A stretch of 64,000 bases of DNA from Gammaproteobacteria bacterium (GTDB lineage Bacteria; Pseudomonadota; Gammaproteobacteria; Arenicellales; Poriferihabitantaceae). Position 1 is the first letter of the stretch; every line of letters starts with the position of its first letter. This document shows, piece by piece, positions 30,603 to 42,422 of the stretch. Made by a program: the position numbers and the translations under genes. The notes under the pieces were generated by a model. That model saw only the letters and a program-made list of their open reading frames with translations, did not search any database and was not told where the DNA came from. The stretch lies in NCBI GenBank assembly GCA_047639475.1, contig JBLIOD010000008.1, forward strand, positions 4,158 through 68,157. Direction: 5' to 3'.

Positions 30603-31775
30603 CTAACGGTTCACCATCAAAATTTCGCGGCGATAATCCGTTAGATAATCACACCCTGTTTCAGTGACCACCACGGAATCTCCAATTCTGCCGCCCAATC
30701 GACCATCAACCGAAATGCCGCCGTCCACCGCAAAGGTCATGCCCGGTTTTAATAGTGTTTTGTCACCTTCTTTGAGTTCAGGGGATTCTAGATAAGCCAT
30801 GCCAATCGAACGGCCTGTTCTATATCCGGTTTCGTAACCGCGCTGCGCATAAACGGCATTGGCCGCTTGCGCTATTGATTCAGCGGTGACGCCTGGTTTG
30901 ATGGCGGTAATCGCGGCTTGCTGAGCATCAATGGCGGCTTGTTGTACCTCTGCGCCTTCATCAGAAATTTCTTTGATAAAAAACATGCGATCAAAACCCA
31001 GTTTGTATTGCTTAAATTGGGCCATATTACAAAAGCAAAAGTAGACGGGGTCGCCCTTTTCTAGCAACTTTACGCTCGCTCGGCGATGCACCATTGACGT
31101 ATCGGTGCCCGATTGCATGATCTGCAAATTGTGTATCATGGGGGAGATGAACGCTTCCCAACCTTTTGCGGTAAGAAAGTTCGCTGCGCTACGTGTGCCA
31201 GCATTAATAACCGCTAGCGCGGCCTCATATTCGGGAGCACCTTCAGCCAGTGCGCCTTCGGCAGCGTGCATCATGTCTGCAGCAATATGGCCTGCTTGTC
31301 GCATCACTTGAATCTCTTCAGCAGATTTAATCATGCGCATTTGCCCTAGTAACGCAGAGATGTTTTCCAGCTCCACGTCCTTCATCGAGTCATCAAACCA
31401 GTTTCGTACTATCGTCGGTAATGCAGCGCGTTCAACCCCCAGTTGAGCTTTGCCAGCCGCGGGTGACAGCTTGTCGATTGCTTGCTTAAGCACATTCTCC
31501 CAACGGTTTTCTCCCATGTCTTCCCATGTCATGATGTCGTCAACCCAGGTCATGGCAGACACCATTTCGCTTTCCATTAGCGGCGTGATCACCACGGGGG
31601 CGGCGCTGGGGCTAATCAATAAAAAAGTAGGGCGACCAAATTCAACAGAAAGGTATCCCCAAAACCCGGCTAAATAAGCGATTGAGCTTTCATCAGTGAT
31701 AATGGCAATATCAACGTTGGCGTCTTTTAGGCGGGCTTGAAATTCAGCGGTTCGGCTGCGAGCTTGATCTAACAT
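30603..31775 (-). CDS. M24 pita-bread-fold protein, creatinase/prolidase-like, apparently lacking most canonical metal ligands
   Basis: 390 aa. A creatinase/prolidase N-domain is followed by the M24 C-domain (IKSAEEIQVMRQAG...). By-eye alignment gives GRSIG where GHGIG is expected, AVDGG for IEPG, RIGDS for RIED, and FCFCN for the first Asp. Confidence 0.7.
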   Translation of the reverse strand: MLDQARSRTAEFQARLKDANVDIAIITDESSIAYLAGFWGYLSVEFGRPTFLLISPSAAPVVITPLMESEMVSAMTWVDDIMTWEDMGENRWENVLKQAIDKLSPAAGKAQLGVERAALPTIVRNWFDDSMKDVELENISALLGQMRMIKSAEEIQVMRQAGHIAADMMHAAEGALAEGAPEYEAALAVINAGTRSAANFLTAKGWEAFISPMIHNLQIMQSGTDTSMVHRRASVKLLEKGDPVYFCFCNMAQFKQYKLGFDRMFFIKEISDEGAEVQQAAIDAQQAAITAIKPGVTAESIAQAANAVYAQRGYETGYRTGRSIGMAYLESPELKEGDKTLLKPGMTFAVDGGISVDGRLGGRIGDSVVVTETGCDYLTDYRREILMVNR

Positions 31776-31833
31776 AGTTTCTGTTGGTGAGAGTGTGTGG
31801 GTTTAGGCGGTACAAGATAATGTGTATTATTGC

Positions 31834-33273
31834 TTAAAGTGAGTTTATAAACCTCAAAAGTTGATCGCGTTTTTGTTCACTCAATGAGATGAATTTGGCT
31901 TGAGTATTCGGTACTTCTCCGGCATGCCAAAGTATGGCTTCGGTGATGTTTCTTGCGCGGCCATCATGCAAGAATACGATCTGTGGGTTAACTTGCTTGG
32001 CTAAACCAATGCCCCACAGCGGCTGCGTTCGCCATTCGCGGCGATTCACTAAACCTTCTGAGCCAACGTCAGCCAAGCCTTCTCCCATATCATGGAACAG
32101 TAAATCAGAGTACGGGTAGATTAGTTGATTGTGTAATGTTGGATTCGGGCCGGTTGAAGTAACCCAACTCGGTTGATGACAGGCCGTGCAACCAATATCA
32201 TCAAACAGTTTTTTTCCAATAGTATTACTCGTCGGCTCGCGGCGTTTTGGCACCGCAAGATTTGAGGAGTAAAATACTACCAAATTCATAATTTCCTGGG
32301 ACACTTCTGGATTTTTACCCGTTTCTCCCGTTTCTCCCGTTGCGCCGTCCAAGCAGTCAATTTGTAGCGCAGTGCAGTCTCCATGGGGTATTCGCAGTAA
32401 GGGAGTAGACAGACCTAAGTCGCCTGCAAATGCACTGACACTTGGTCGCTAATGGACGGCGCGTTGGCCTTCCATCCAAAGCGGACTATATAAGGCTGAC
32501 GATCAACCAAGGATACGCCCCAGTTGGGTTTTCCGGAGATACCGTCACGGTCTTTGTCTTCGGGGGTTGCCAGTGCCAGAATGGCATCTTCATCAATGGC
32601 CTCTAATAAGCCTAAACCTATCATCGGCGGGGCCACACTAGGCAGCAGGCGAACGTGTTTGAATAAAGGGCCAAAACCCAAATTTATCACCCGATAACTG
32701 GGTTGCTGTATCGAGGTGATATTTCCATCTGCCAACGAAATTTCGAGTTCGTTGTAGCTTGCCAGTACGTAACCTTCATGCCCGACATTGGACGTAGATT
32801 GGTCTTGAAGCTGAGCCCCGTAATTGGGGTCGCCTGCGTTTTGACGTACTAACTTGGTGCTTAGTTGGTTAAGTGCCTCTGCTTTGCTTTCGTCGCTTAA
32901 ACGGACCACAAAACCCGTATTATTTGGTAGATCATCTAGCTCAACCGCCGGGGGATTTCCTCTGTCGTCTTTTAATATGGCAATTCTGGCAAGAGGTCGC
33001 ATTAAACAAGGGCCCTAAACCATCAGAAGCTTTAGTTGACGCCGCAGCGGGTATCCAAAGCTTGCGAAAGAAGCCGTTCCCCACGTGGAAATCAGATTGT
33101 TGTGAAGCGGTTAAATTGTTTGAAGCTTGTGAGTAGACATTGGTGCCACGAAGCAAACTTGATGTTGCATTGCCTCCCGGTAATAAGGGATCAGTAACCG
33201 CCGTTGAACTCAGGATTAAAGTCAGAATGTCAACTAAAACCCCGCTCGTGCTAATATTATTGCTGTAAATCAA
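31834..33273 (-). pseudogene. DUF1111-type di-haem oxidoreductase (putative peroxidase), split by at least two frameshifts
   Basis: Three ORF fragments are colinear with one protein. Fragment 1 ends ...DGLGPLFNATSCQNCHIK (CxxCH 1). Fragment 2 continues DDRGNPPAV...DRDGISGKPNW...RFGWKANAPSISDQ. Fragment 3 contains AFAGDLGLS...GCTACHQP (CxxCH 2)...DLLFHDMG...EWRTQPLWGIG...LHDGRARNITEAILWH. The lesions are at the T4 run 32970-32973 and near 32431-32438. Confidence 0.8.
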
Positions 33274-34369
33274 TATTCAGTGCGGTTGCGGCTGTGTTTA
33301 GCGCGGCTCCTTGGCGGTTAAATGCGGCGACCAATTCTCGCACTAATTGATTGCCAGCTTCATTTCCTTCGGAAATTAAAACATCTAAGGGTTCACCAGA
33401 TAACGCCTTTTCATCAAGCTGATTTTACAAAGCTGATGTTTGTTCAAAGGCGGCGACAATGGCTATATCCAGAGCAGGGTCTTGTGCGATCACCTTGTTT
33501 TTAACCGTGAGCTTATTGCTGCCTATGGTATAGGTTCTTAAAATGCCTGCCTGATTATTAATGAGTGCAGTTGCTAAGATTTGATCAGGCATGGAGCTCA
33601 ATAAGCGAAGCGATGCTTCTCCAGACCGAAACGATGCCGTTATGTCTAGTAAGTCACTAATTAGTAATTGTGTCATCGCCAGCAGATATTCTCTTCGGCG
33701 TTGGCAGGGTGCGTGAGCACACTCTGTGAGGGAATAATCGAGATGTGACCGTATACCTGCGCCGCTGTTACTTCCATTTAGATCTTGCCCCCAAAGCAAA
33801 AATTCAATTGCGTGATACCCGCCTGCAACATTGGCTTTGTTACCCCCCCCCAGCGCATGTAAAGAACGAATTAAGTCAACGTCGATAATGGCAGCATCAA
33901 TTCGTTTACCGTAGGCGGTCAATTCAGTGTTGGCGATAACATTGATGGGCGATGTTCCATCGATGGAAGGCGCTGCCACATAATCAATAAAGCTCTCGTC
34001 CACTGGCCAAGCGTTTACCCGGCCTTCCCATTGATTAACTTCTGGGTTCGCAAATCGATAAACTTCAGTTTGAGCGTACGGAAATGAGCTTTCTTCCAAC
34101 TTTCACGGGCAGCGATAAGGGGCTCGGTGCTTGGGGAGGCTAGCATTCCCTCAATGCTTTCAAGGAGTTCATTCGCCATTTTCTCGGCGCCAGAATAAGC
34201 CCTTATGGCCGCGCCTATATAATCACTGACAAAAAGGAGTTAGCATGAAAACCATGCCACTGTAACCATGGACTGTCGTCCCGTTTGCTCCGTTATCTGA
34301 GCCTACATCTGCAAACAAACTTGAAGATGTAATGGCTAAAACAAATAGGACTATGGTACGCAACTTCAT
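33257..34369 (-). pseudogene. imelysin (peptidase M75 / IrpA-like) gene with two frameshifts and one in-frame TAA
   Basis: The signal peptide MKLRTIVLFVLAITSSSLFA starts at 34369, but the frame is lost before VSDYIGAAIRAYSGA. A second shift lies at 34080-34081 (..ESWKKAH/FPYAQTEVYRF..). The GYHAIEFLLWGQD motif is present. The TAA at 33425-33427 is followed by 55 more in-frame family-like codons. Confidence 0.8.
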
Positions 34370-34553
34370 AATGAATAAATAATTAATTTCTGACTAATTA
34401 ATTTACGCTTTGCCAAGGCCTAATTACAATTGTCAGCAATAAACCAATTGCGGTTTCTCTATGCTACAGCTGGGTTTCGATATGGTACGCTGTCGTTATA
34501 CTGGCAATAGTTTCTCGCGCCAGCCTTTACTCGTAATCTAGCTGAAAGTAACT

Positions 34554-35180
34554 ATGTCCATACACGAAATAAAACACCCCCTCATTCGTCACAAGCTAGG
34601 CCTCATCCGCAAGCGAAACATTAGCACCAAAGTGTTTCGAGAATTGGCGGCTGAAATCGGCATGCTGCTCACCTACGAAGCCACGCGTTCACTGCCCACT
34701 GAAGAAATTGAGATTGATATATGGTCTGGAAGTGCCACAGTGGACCAGATTAAAGGCAAGAAGATTTCAGTGGTACCCATACTTCGAGCAGGTATTGGCA
34801 TGCTTGATGGGGTGTTGCAGGCTATTCCTAGCGCCAAAGTGTCGGTGGTGGGGTTATACCGTGATGAAGAAACCCTGCAGCCGGTACCTTATTTTGAAAA
34901 GCTGGTAGAAGACATCGATGAACGTAAAGCCATGGTTATTGACCCTATGCTTGCTACAGGTGGGACCTTGATCGCCACCATTGATATGCTTAAAAAAGCG
35001 GGTTGTAAGGACATAATAGGAATCTTTTTAGTGGCGGCACCTGAGGGCATTGCGGCCCTTCAAGAAAAGCACCCTGATGTTGAGGTATACACGGCTGCGA
35101 TTGATTCTCATCTCAATGAAAGTGGTTACATCATTCCGGGTTTGGGTGACGCGGGGGATAAAATTTTCGGCACGAAATAA
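34554..35180 (+). CDS. upp: uracil phosphoribosyltransferase
   Basis: 208 aa: [19 protein letters not shown]..., PRPP motif [11 protein letters not shown], and C-terminal [17 protein letters not shown]. Confidence 0.95.
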   Translation: MSIHEIKHPLIRHKLGLIRKRNISTKVFRELAAEIGMLLTYEATRSLPTEEIEIDIWSGSATVDQIKGKKISVVPILRAGIGMLDGVLQAIPSAKVSVVGLYRDEETLQPVPYFEKLVEDIDERKAMVIDPMLATGGTLIATIDMLKKAGCKDIIGIFLVAAPEGIAALQEKHPDVEVYTAAIDSHLNESGYIIPGLGDAGDKIFGTK

Positions 35181-35206
35181 GCTGAGCCAAGTAGCGATGA
35201 ATTTAA

Positions 35207-35239
35207 GAGCAGTGTTTCAAATTATCCGAAACACTGCTC
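35207..35239. terminator. hairpin between convergent upp and katG (possible bidirectional terminator)
   Basis: Perfect 12-bp stem GAGCAGTGTTTC/GAAACACTGCTC with a 9-nt loop. The U-tracts are only weak on either strand. Confidence 0.5.
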
Positions 35240-35253
35240 GAAATGGCAAACGT

Positions 35254-37497
<2,244 letters not shown>

Positions 37498-37596
37498 TCA
37501 GGGTATGAAACTAAAAGTATCACTATGGGTTCTTAAACTCCAATTCAATTAAGCAATAAAAGCGATCGATAATATGAATACAAAGCAAATAATAGA

Positions 37597-37616
37597 TTAT
37601 AGTGAGCTCACTATAA
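37597..37616. promoter_or_regulatory. perfect 20-bp palindrome TTATAGTGAG/CTCACTATAA upstream of katG and downstream of the cupin gene
   Basis: It has 10+10 perfect dyad symmetry, 145 nt upstream of the katG ATG and 38 nt after the cupin stop. It is either an operator or a weak terminator. Confidence 0.4.
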
Positions 37617-37653
37617 ATCAGTAGAGCGTGAGAATATTTAAACAAGCCAAGTT

Positions 37654-38013
37654 CTAGGTCCTCTCTTCTACTTTTTCAATGTAGACAGCCAGGGTGCAGC
37701 CATTAACGGTGCTAGAACAATGTTCAGTGCCACTCTTAAACCACACTACGTCTCCCGGCTTGAGAGCGGTACCATCATTTTCAGTTAGATCTCCCTCGAT
37801 CAGTAAATACTCTTCATCGCCGGTGTGTCGATGCGGAATGGTGGTTGTGCCTGGCGCCATCTTGTATATATGAAAACCGATGCCGTCTGGTTTAGTGGCG
37901 TTCAGCTGCAATATACTCTCACCGATAGACACGTTGCTTTCTAAGTCCCAAGGCCGAAATGGTGTCTCGTAAATGTTGGCTATTTTTCTTTGATTTGGTT
38001 CAAGCTTTTTCAT
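37654..38013 (-). CDS. cupin-domain protein
   Basis: 119 aa with cupin motifs HRHTGDEEYLLIEG and PGDVVWFKSGTEH. Confidence 0.7.
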   Translation of the reverse strand: MKKLEPNQRKIANIYETPFRPWDLESNVSIGESILQLNATKPDGIGFHIYKMAPGTTTIPHRHTGDEEYLLIEGDLTENDGTALKPGDVVWFKSGTEHCSSTVNGCTLAVYIEKVEERT

Positions 38014-38126
38014 CTTCTACACGTTTCTGTATAAATAATTTACCTGACTGATTATATGTCGCCACTGCCAGCTTAGCCTATGAGTGATGTTGTAATATGG
38101 GCGATTGAATAATGAGGTATTTGCAG

Positions 38127-38528
38127 ATGACCAAGACCAGCGGCTTAAATCATCTTGGTTTAGCAGTTAAAGACCTAGAACAAACCACGCAGTTCTTTGT
38201 TGAGTTATTAGGCTGGACAGAGGCGGGTTATGATGCAACTTATCCGCGAACTGGGGTGACGGATGGCAAAGTGCGACTAACATTATGGCAAATCGATGAT
38301 ACGCAGCCAACAACTGAATTTGACCGAAAAACCAATGTCGGTTTGCACCACCTTGCCTTAACCGTAACTTCAGGAACTGAACTCACCCGACTACACGATG
38401 AGTTAAACAAAGCCCCGAATGTTGACATTGCCTTTGCACCAGAGCTTATGGGTGATGGGCCAAGGCAGCATTTTATGTGCCACGAACCCAGTGGAATTCG
38501 AATAGAATTTGTCTGGGCAGGCATCTAA
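38127..38528 (+). CDS. VOC-family (glyoxalase/dioxygenase-fold) protein
   Basis: LNHLGLAVKDLEQTTQFF...GLHHLAL... pattern. The ATG at 38127 is preferred over 38112 because GAGG lies about 10 nt upstream. Confidence 0.7.
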   Translation: MTKTSGLNHLGLAVKDLEQTTQFFVELLGWTEAGYDATYPRTGVTDGKVRLTLWQIDDTQPTTEFDRKTNVGLHHLALTVTSGTELTRLHDELNKAPNVDIAFAPELMGDGPRQHFMCHEPSGIRIEFVWAGI

Positions 38529-38636
38529 GCTCTAGAAAGTGAATAAACCCGAACTTGGTGACTTTAAGCCTGTGTCTTCGGCCCTACTTTAAGCGGTAAC
38601 ATTCCAATATTAATTTTCATTTGTTAGGAAAAATCC

Positions 38637-40079
38637 ATGTTAGATAAACGAAATTTTTACATCAACGGCCAATGGGTCGCTCCAGCGGTTGCAAACGACT
38701 TTGAAGTCATTAATCCTTCAACTGAAGAAGTTTGTGCGGTGATTTCAATGGGAGATCAAGCGGATACTGATGCCGCGGTAGCGGCAGCAAATAATGCATT
38801 TGATTCTTGGAGCCAAACCCCTAAAGCAGAGCGGCTGGCGTTATTGGAAGAGCTAGCGGCTATCTATGAACGACGCTCAGATGAGATGGGTGAAGCCATT
38901 TCTATGGAAATGGGCGCGCCTATCTTGATGGCTAAAACATCGCAATCGGGTAGTGGAACCTGGCATATAAAGAATTTCATCCGTGCCTTTAAGCACTTTG
39001 AAGAAGATAAGACGCTGGGTGACCATGCGCCTAATGACCGCATTTTGTATGAGCCCATTGGGGTATGTGGTTTGATCACGCCGTGGAACTGGCCGATGAA
39101 CCAAATAGCCCTTAAGGTTGTGCCATCCGTAGCCGTAGGTTGCACCGTTATTCTAAAGCCATCAGAAATCGCGCCGCTATCCGGGTTGTTGTTTGCTGAA
39201 ATAATGGACGAAGCAGGTTTTCCCGCAGGTGTTTTTAATTTAATTAACGGTGATGGCATAGGCGTCGGCACGCAACTTTCAGGTCACGCCGATATAGACA
39301 TGATTTCGTTTACCGGCTCAACTCGCGCCGGTACTGCTATCAGCAAGAATGCAGCAGATACCATCAAACGGGTCAGTTTAGAGTTGGGGGGCAAAGGCGC
39401 TAACGTCATTTTCGCCGATGCTGACGAAAAAGCGGTTAAACGCGGCGTGTTACATTGTTTCAATAACACGGGCCAATCCTGTAACGCTCCGACCCGCATG
39501 TTAGTGGAACGGCCTATTTATGATTTGGCAGTACAAACTGCAATCGATACCGCTGCGATAAGTTCGGTAGATGTGGCATCAAAAGAAGGGCGACATATGG
39601 GGCCTGTGGTTTCTGAGTTGCAATACGACAAAATTCAACACCTAATTGGTGTTGGAATCGACGAAGGTGCAAGATTAGTTGCCGGCGGTTTGGGTCGCCC
39701 AGAAGGTTTAGATAAAGGTTATTTCATTCGCCCAACCGTGTTTGCAGACGTCAACAACGATATGCAAATTGCACGAGAAGAAGTATTTGGTCCCGTGCTA
39801 ACCATTATCCCGTTTGATACTGAGGAAGAGGCCGTTGAGATAGCCAATGACACAGTCTACGGCTTAACCAATTATGTACAAACTCAAGACGCAGCCAAAG
39901 GACGTCGAATGGCAAGAAAACTACGATCAGGCATGGTTGAAATGAATGGCCAGGGCCGTAGTGCAGGCTCTCCATTTGGCGGCTACAAGCAATCAGGTAA
40001 TGGCCGAGAGGGCGGCGTTTGGGGCTTGGAAGACTTCTTAGAAGTTAAGGCGGTAAGTGGTTGGGTAGAACACCCGTAA
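38637..40079 (+). CDS. NAD(P)-dependent aldehyde dehydrogenase
   Basis: 480 aa with the catalytic contexts LELGGKGANVIF and FNNTGQSCNAPTR, and the ALDH C-terminal EEVFGPV / GGYKQSGNGRE. Confidence 0.9.
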   Translation: MLDKRNFYINGQWVAPAVANDFEVINPSTEEVCAVISMGDQADTDAAVAAANNAFDSWSQTPKAERLALLEELAAIYERRSDEMGEAISMEMGAPILMAKTSQSGSGTWHIKNFIRAFKHFEEDKTLGDHAPNDRILYEPIGVCGLITPWNWPMNQIALKVVPSVAVGCTVILKPSEIAPLSGLLFAEIMDEAGFPAGVFNLINGDGIGVGTQLSGHADIDMISFTGSTRAGTAISKNAADTIKRVSLELGGKGANVIFADADEKAVKRGVLHCFNNTGQSCNAPTRMLVERPIYDLAVQTAIDTAAISSVDVASKEGRHMGPVVSELQYDKIQHLIGVGIDEGARLVAGGLGRPEGLDKGYFIRPTVFADVNNDMQIAREEVFGPVLTIIPFDTEEEAVEIANDTVYGLTNYVQTQDAAKGRRMARKLRSGMVEMNGQGRSAGSPFGGYKQSGNGREGGVWGLEDFLEVKAVSGWVEHP

Positions 40080-40093
40080 CCAGCAGCACTTGT

Positions 40094-40119
40094 AGGAGGG
40101 CAAAACTGCCCTCCTTTTT
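40094..40119 (+). terminator. rho-independent terminator of the aldehyde dehydrogenase gene
   Basis: AGGAGGGC-AAAACT-GCCCTCCT hairpin followed by TTTT, 15 nt after the stop. Confidence 0.75.
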
Positions 40120-40990
40120 ATGCGCTAACTTTACGCCGCAGTAATAAAATACCGTTGCTAATGGCTAGCGTAATAAGTACCAGTGTGCCGCCGATAAAAG
40201 TGTAGGAGTTGGGCGCCTCACTAAGATACCACCACACCCACAATGGGCCGATTAAGGCTTCCAATAACATTAATAAACTCACGTCTGCGGCGGGGATATA
40301 GCGCGGCCCGATGGCTAATAAGCTAGACCCTAAGGGGGCAACGAACAGTCCGACTATGGCGATCGAGACGATGTTGGTCGTATCGAGTACGGTCGGTGTA
40401 GAGAAAGGGAAGGCGATATAGGCGGCTAAAAATGAAGAAATAGCCATGGCGGGGATCATGCTAACCGCTCGGCTGTGACGGGCAATACTAAAAGTGGTCG
40501 CAATGGCGATAGCAGCGCCTAAGGCAGCGATGTCGCCCTTCAGTGATGCTCGACCTGAACCTTCCAAGCTTCCGAAGGCGATAACACCAATGCCTGCTAA
40601 ACAACCTAATATGGTTAACCAGGTTCGCATTGATACCCTTTCACGTAGTACTAGCCATGCGATTAGCGCAGCAAATACGGGGGCGGTACTGACAATAAAC
40701 AACGTATTGGCCACCGCGGTATTCTTAATAGAGAATACAAAACACAAAGTGCTGATAGTCCAAACGAAAGCCAAGGCGAGTCCAGCAAATCCAATGTCCC
40801 TTAGGCGGTTGAAAAATTTACCACGATAGTAAATAGCCAAACCCAAGGTGATGATGATGCCGCTTAAGAAGCTTCTCCAAAAGGTCACGTTCCAGCTGTT
40901 ACCGTCGATTAAGCGTATAAGCAAGCTATCAGGGGTAATGACCAAAACACCCGCTAAGGTGATTAATAAACCCTTTTGATATTCATTCAT
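40118..40990 (-). CDS. DMT-superfamily (EamA-type) transporter
   Basis: 290 aa with ten hydrophobic segments. It is in tandem with a second EamA gene 2 nt upstream. Confidence 0.75.
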   Translation of the reverse strand: MNEYQKGLLITLAGVLVITPDSLLIRLIDGNSWNVTFWRSFLSGIIITLGLAIYYRGKFFNRLRDIGFAGLALAFVWTISTLCFVFSIKNTAVANTLFIVSTAPVFAALIAWLVLRERVSMRTWLTILGCLAGIGVIAFGSLEGSGRASLKGDIAALGAAIAIATTFSIARHSRAVSMIPAMAISSFLAAYIAFPFSTPTVLDTTNIVSIAIVGLFVAPLGSSLLAIGPRYIPAADVSLLMLLEALIGPLWVWWYLSEAPNSYTFIGGTLVLITLAISNGILLLRRKVSA

Positions 40991-40992
40991 GG

Positions 40993-41868
40993 CTATCGAT
41001 AGGCTTTTGATTTAGTAATAATGAAAATGCCAAGCAACACAATGGCAGCAGATATTAAGAACCGGAGTGTTAGCGTTTCATTAAGAAATATCACGCTGAG
41101 TAGCACCACAGTGATGGGTACACACAGCATGATGGGCGCCAATTTGCTGACGGATTGGCGTTGAACCAGCCATGCCCATGTACCGTGGGAGATAACGCTT
41201 GAACCGATCGCCGTGTAGACAACACCCATCCAAGCATTCGACGAAACATGGTTAATATCGAAATTCACATACTCGCCATTGATTAGCGACATGAGTAAAG
41301 TGATAGGCAATGCAAAAGCGGAAGACCAGGCGATGATGGCCAAGGGGTGAATCTTCCCTATTTTCTTCAACAGAATAGGGTAGAGCCCCAAGAAGAAAGC
41401 AGCCAATAAGCCAGTAACTAAGGCCGGCCAACTGTCGAAAAAGTTGGGATTGTATAATAGAACGATAATACCGAGAAAGGCAATGCCTAAACCGAGCACA
41501 CGTCGTACACCGGGGATGTCTTTAAGAAAAACCCAAGCTAGAAGTACGGAAAAGGCAGGTGCAATTTGCACCACGATAGAAATCGTACTGACGCTTTCTG
41601 AGAGCTTTAAGGCATAAAACAAGAAAGCAAAATGGCCAGGTGCCAACACCAACATGACCCAGAGTACCGGTATTATCTGGCTTTTTGAGAGCCTGAAAAA
41701 AGGGGTTAAGATAGCTGCTGTTATCGCAAAGCGAATGGACAACGCGATCCAAACCGGGAATTCGTTAACGCCGTAACGTATCGCTAAGTAATTGACGGAC
41801 CATCCAATCAACACTAACAACAAGGCACTCCACTCCCGGCCGGAGAACGGACGATCGATATTACTCAT
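40993..41868 (-). CDS. DMT-superfamily (EamA-type) transporter
   Basis: 291 aa and polytopic, with a duplicated EamA pattern. It lies downstream of an Lrp/AsnC regulator gene on the same strand. Confidence 0.75.
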   Translation of the reverse strand: MSNIDRPFSGREWSALLLVLIGWSVNYLAIRYGVNEFPVWIALSIRFAITAAILTPFFRLSKSQIIPVLWVMLVLAPGHFAFLFYALKLSESVSTISIVVQIAPAFSVLLAWVFLKDIPGVRRVLGLGIAFLGIIVLLYNPNFFDSWPALVTGLLAAFFLGLYPILLKKIGKIHPLAIIAWSSAFALPITLLMSLINGEYVNFDINHVSSNAWMGVVYTAIGSSVISHGTWAWLVQRQSVSKLAPIMLCVPITVVLLSVIFLNETLTLRFLISAAIVLLGIFIITKSKAYR

Positions 41869-41963
41869 TGTGTTAAGGTGGCCTTAGAAAGGGTGGAGGA
41901 TTGGCATTATAAGCCTTGCAAGGTCAGCAAGGATAGCCGATTTTCTAAGATGAACGAAAATTC

Positions 41964-42422
41964 CTAATGATTGTTTAACGGAATGGCAGTGGTGTACTTC
42001 AATTGCTCCATCGCAAAATTAGAACTGACGTCTGCGACGTCGATTTTTTCGATGAGATTTTGATAGAAACGGTCGTAGGCTTTCATGTCTTTCACCACTA
42101 CCCGCATCATGTAGTCGATATCACCGCTCATGCGATAGAACTCTACCACTTCTGGAAAGCCCTTCACGACCTCAGAAAATTGCTTGAACCATTTTGCGTT
42201 ATGGTGGTTGGTGCGTATAGAGACGAATACATCGGTATCACAATCTAACCCTTCTCTGTCTAGAAGTGCCACTTTCGACTTAATCAGGCCCGACTTTTCT
42301 AGCAATTGAATGCGCCGCCAGCAAGGTGTTTTACTGAGGTTCACCTTGTCGGCAATTTCAGCACTGCTGAGACTAGCGTCGTTTTGCAATAAATCTAATA
42401 TTTTAAGGTCAATCTTATCCAC
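41964..42422 (-). CDS. Lrp/AsnC-family transcriptional regulator
   Basis: 152 aa. The N-terminus is MDKIDLKILDLLQNDASLSSAEIADKVNLSKTPCWRRIQLLEKSGLI, followed by a RAM/ACT-like C-domain. Confidence 0.9.
   Translation of the reverse strand: MDKIDLKILDLLQNDASLSSAEIADKVNLSKTPCWRRIQLLEKSGLIKSKVALLDREGLDCDTDVFVSIRTNHHNAKWFKQFSEVVKGFPEVVEFYRMSGDIDYMMRVVVKDMKAYDRFYQNLIEKIDVADVSSNFAMEQLKYTTAIPLNNH

Noticed and set aside
32318-32341. A 9-nt tandem repeat (CCCGTTTCT x2.7) encoding GETGETG in the DUF1111 fragment.
   Set aside because: It is in frame, short, and lies inside an already dead gene. There is no evidence that it causes any of the lesions.
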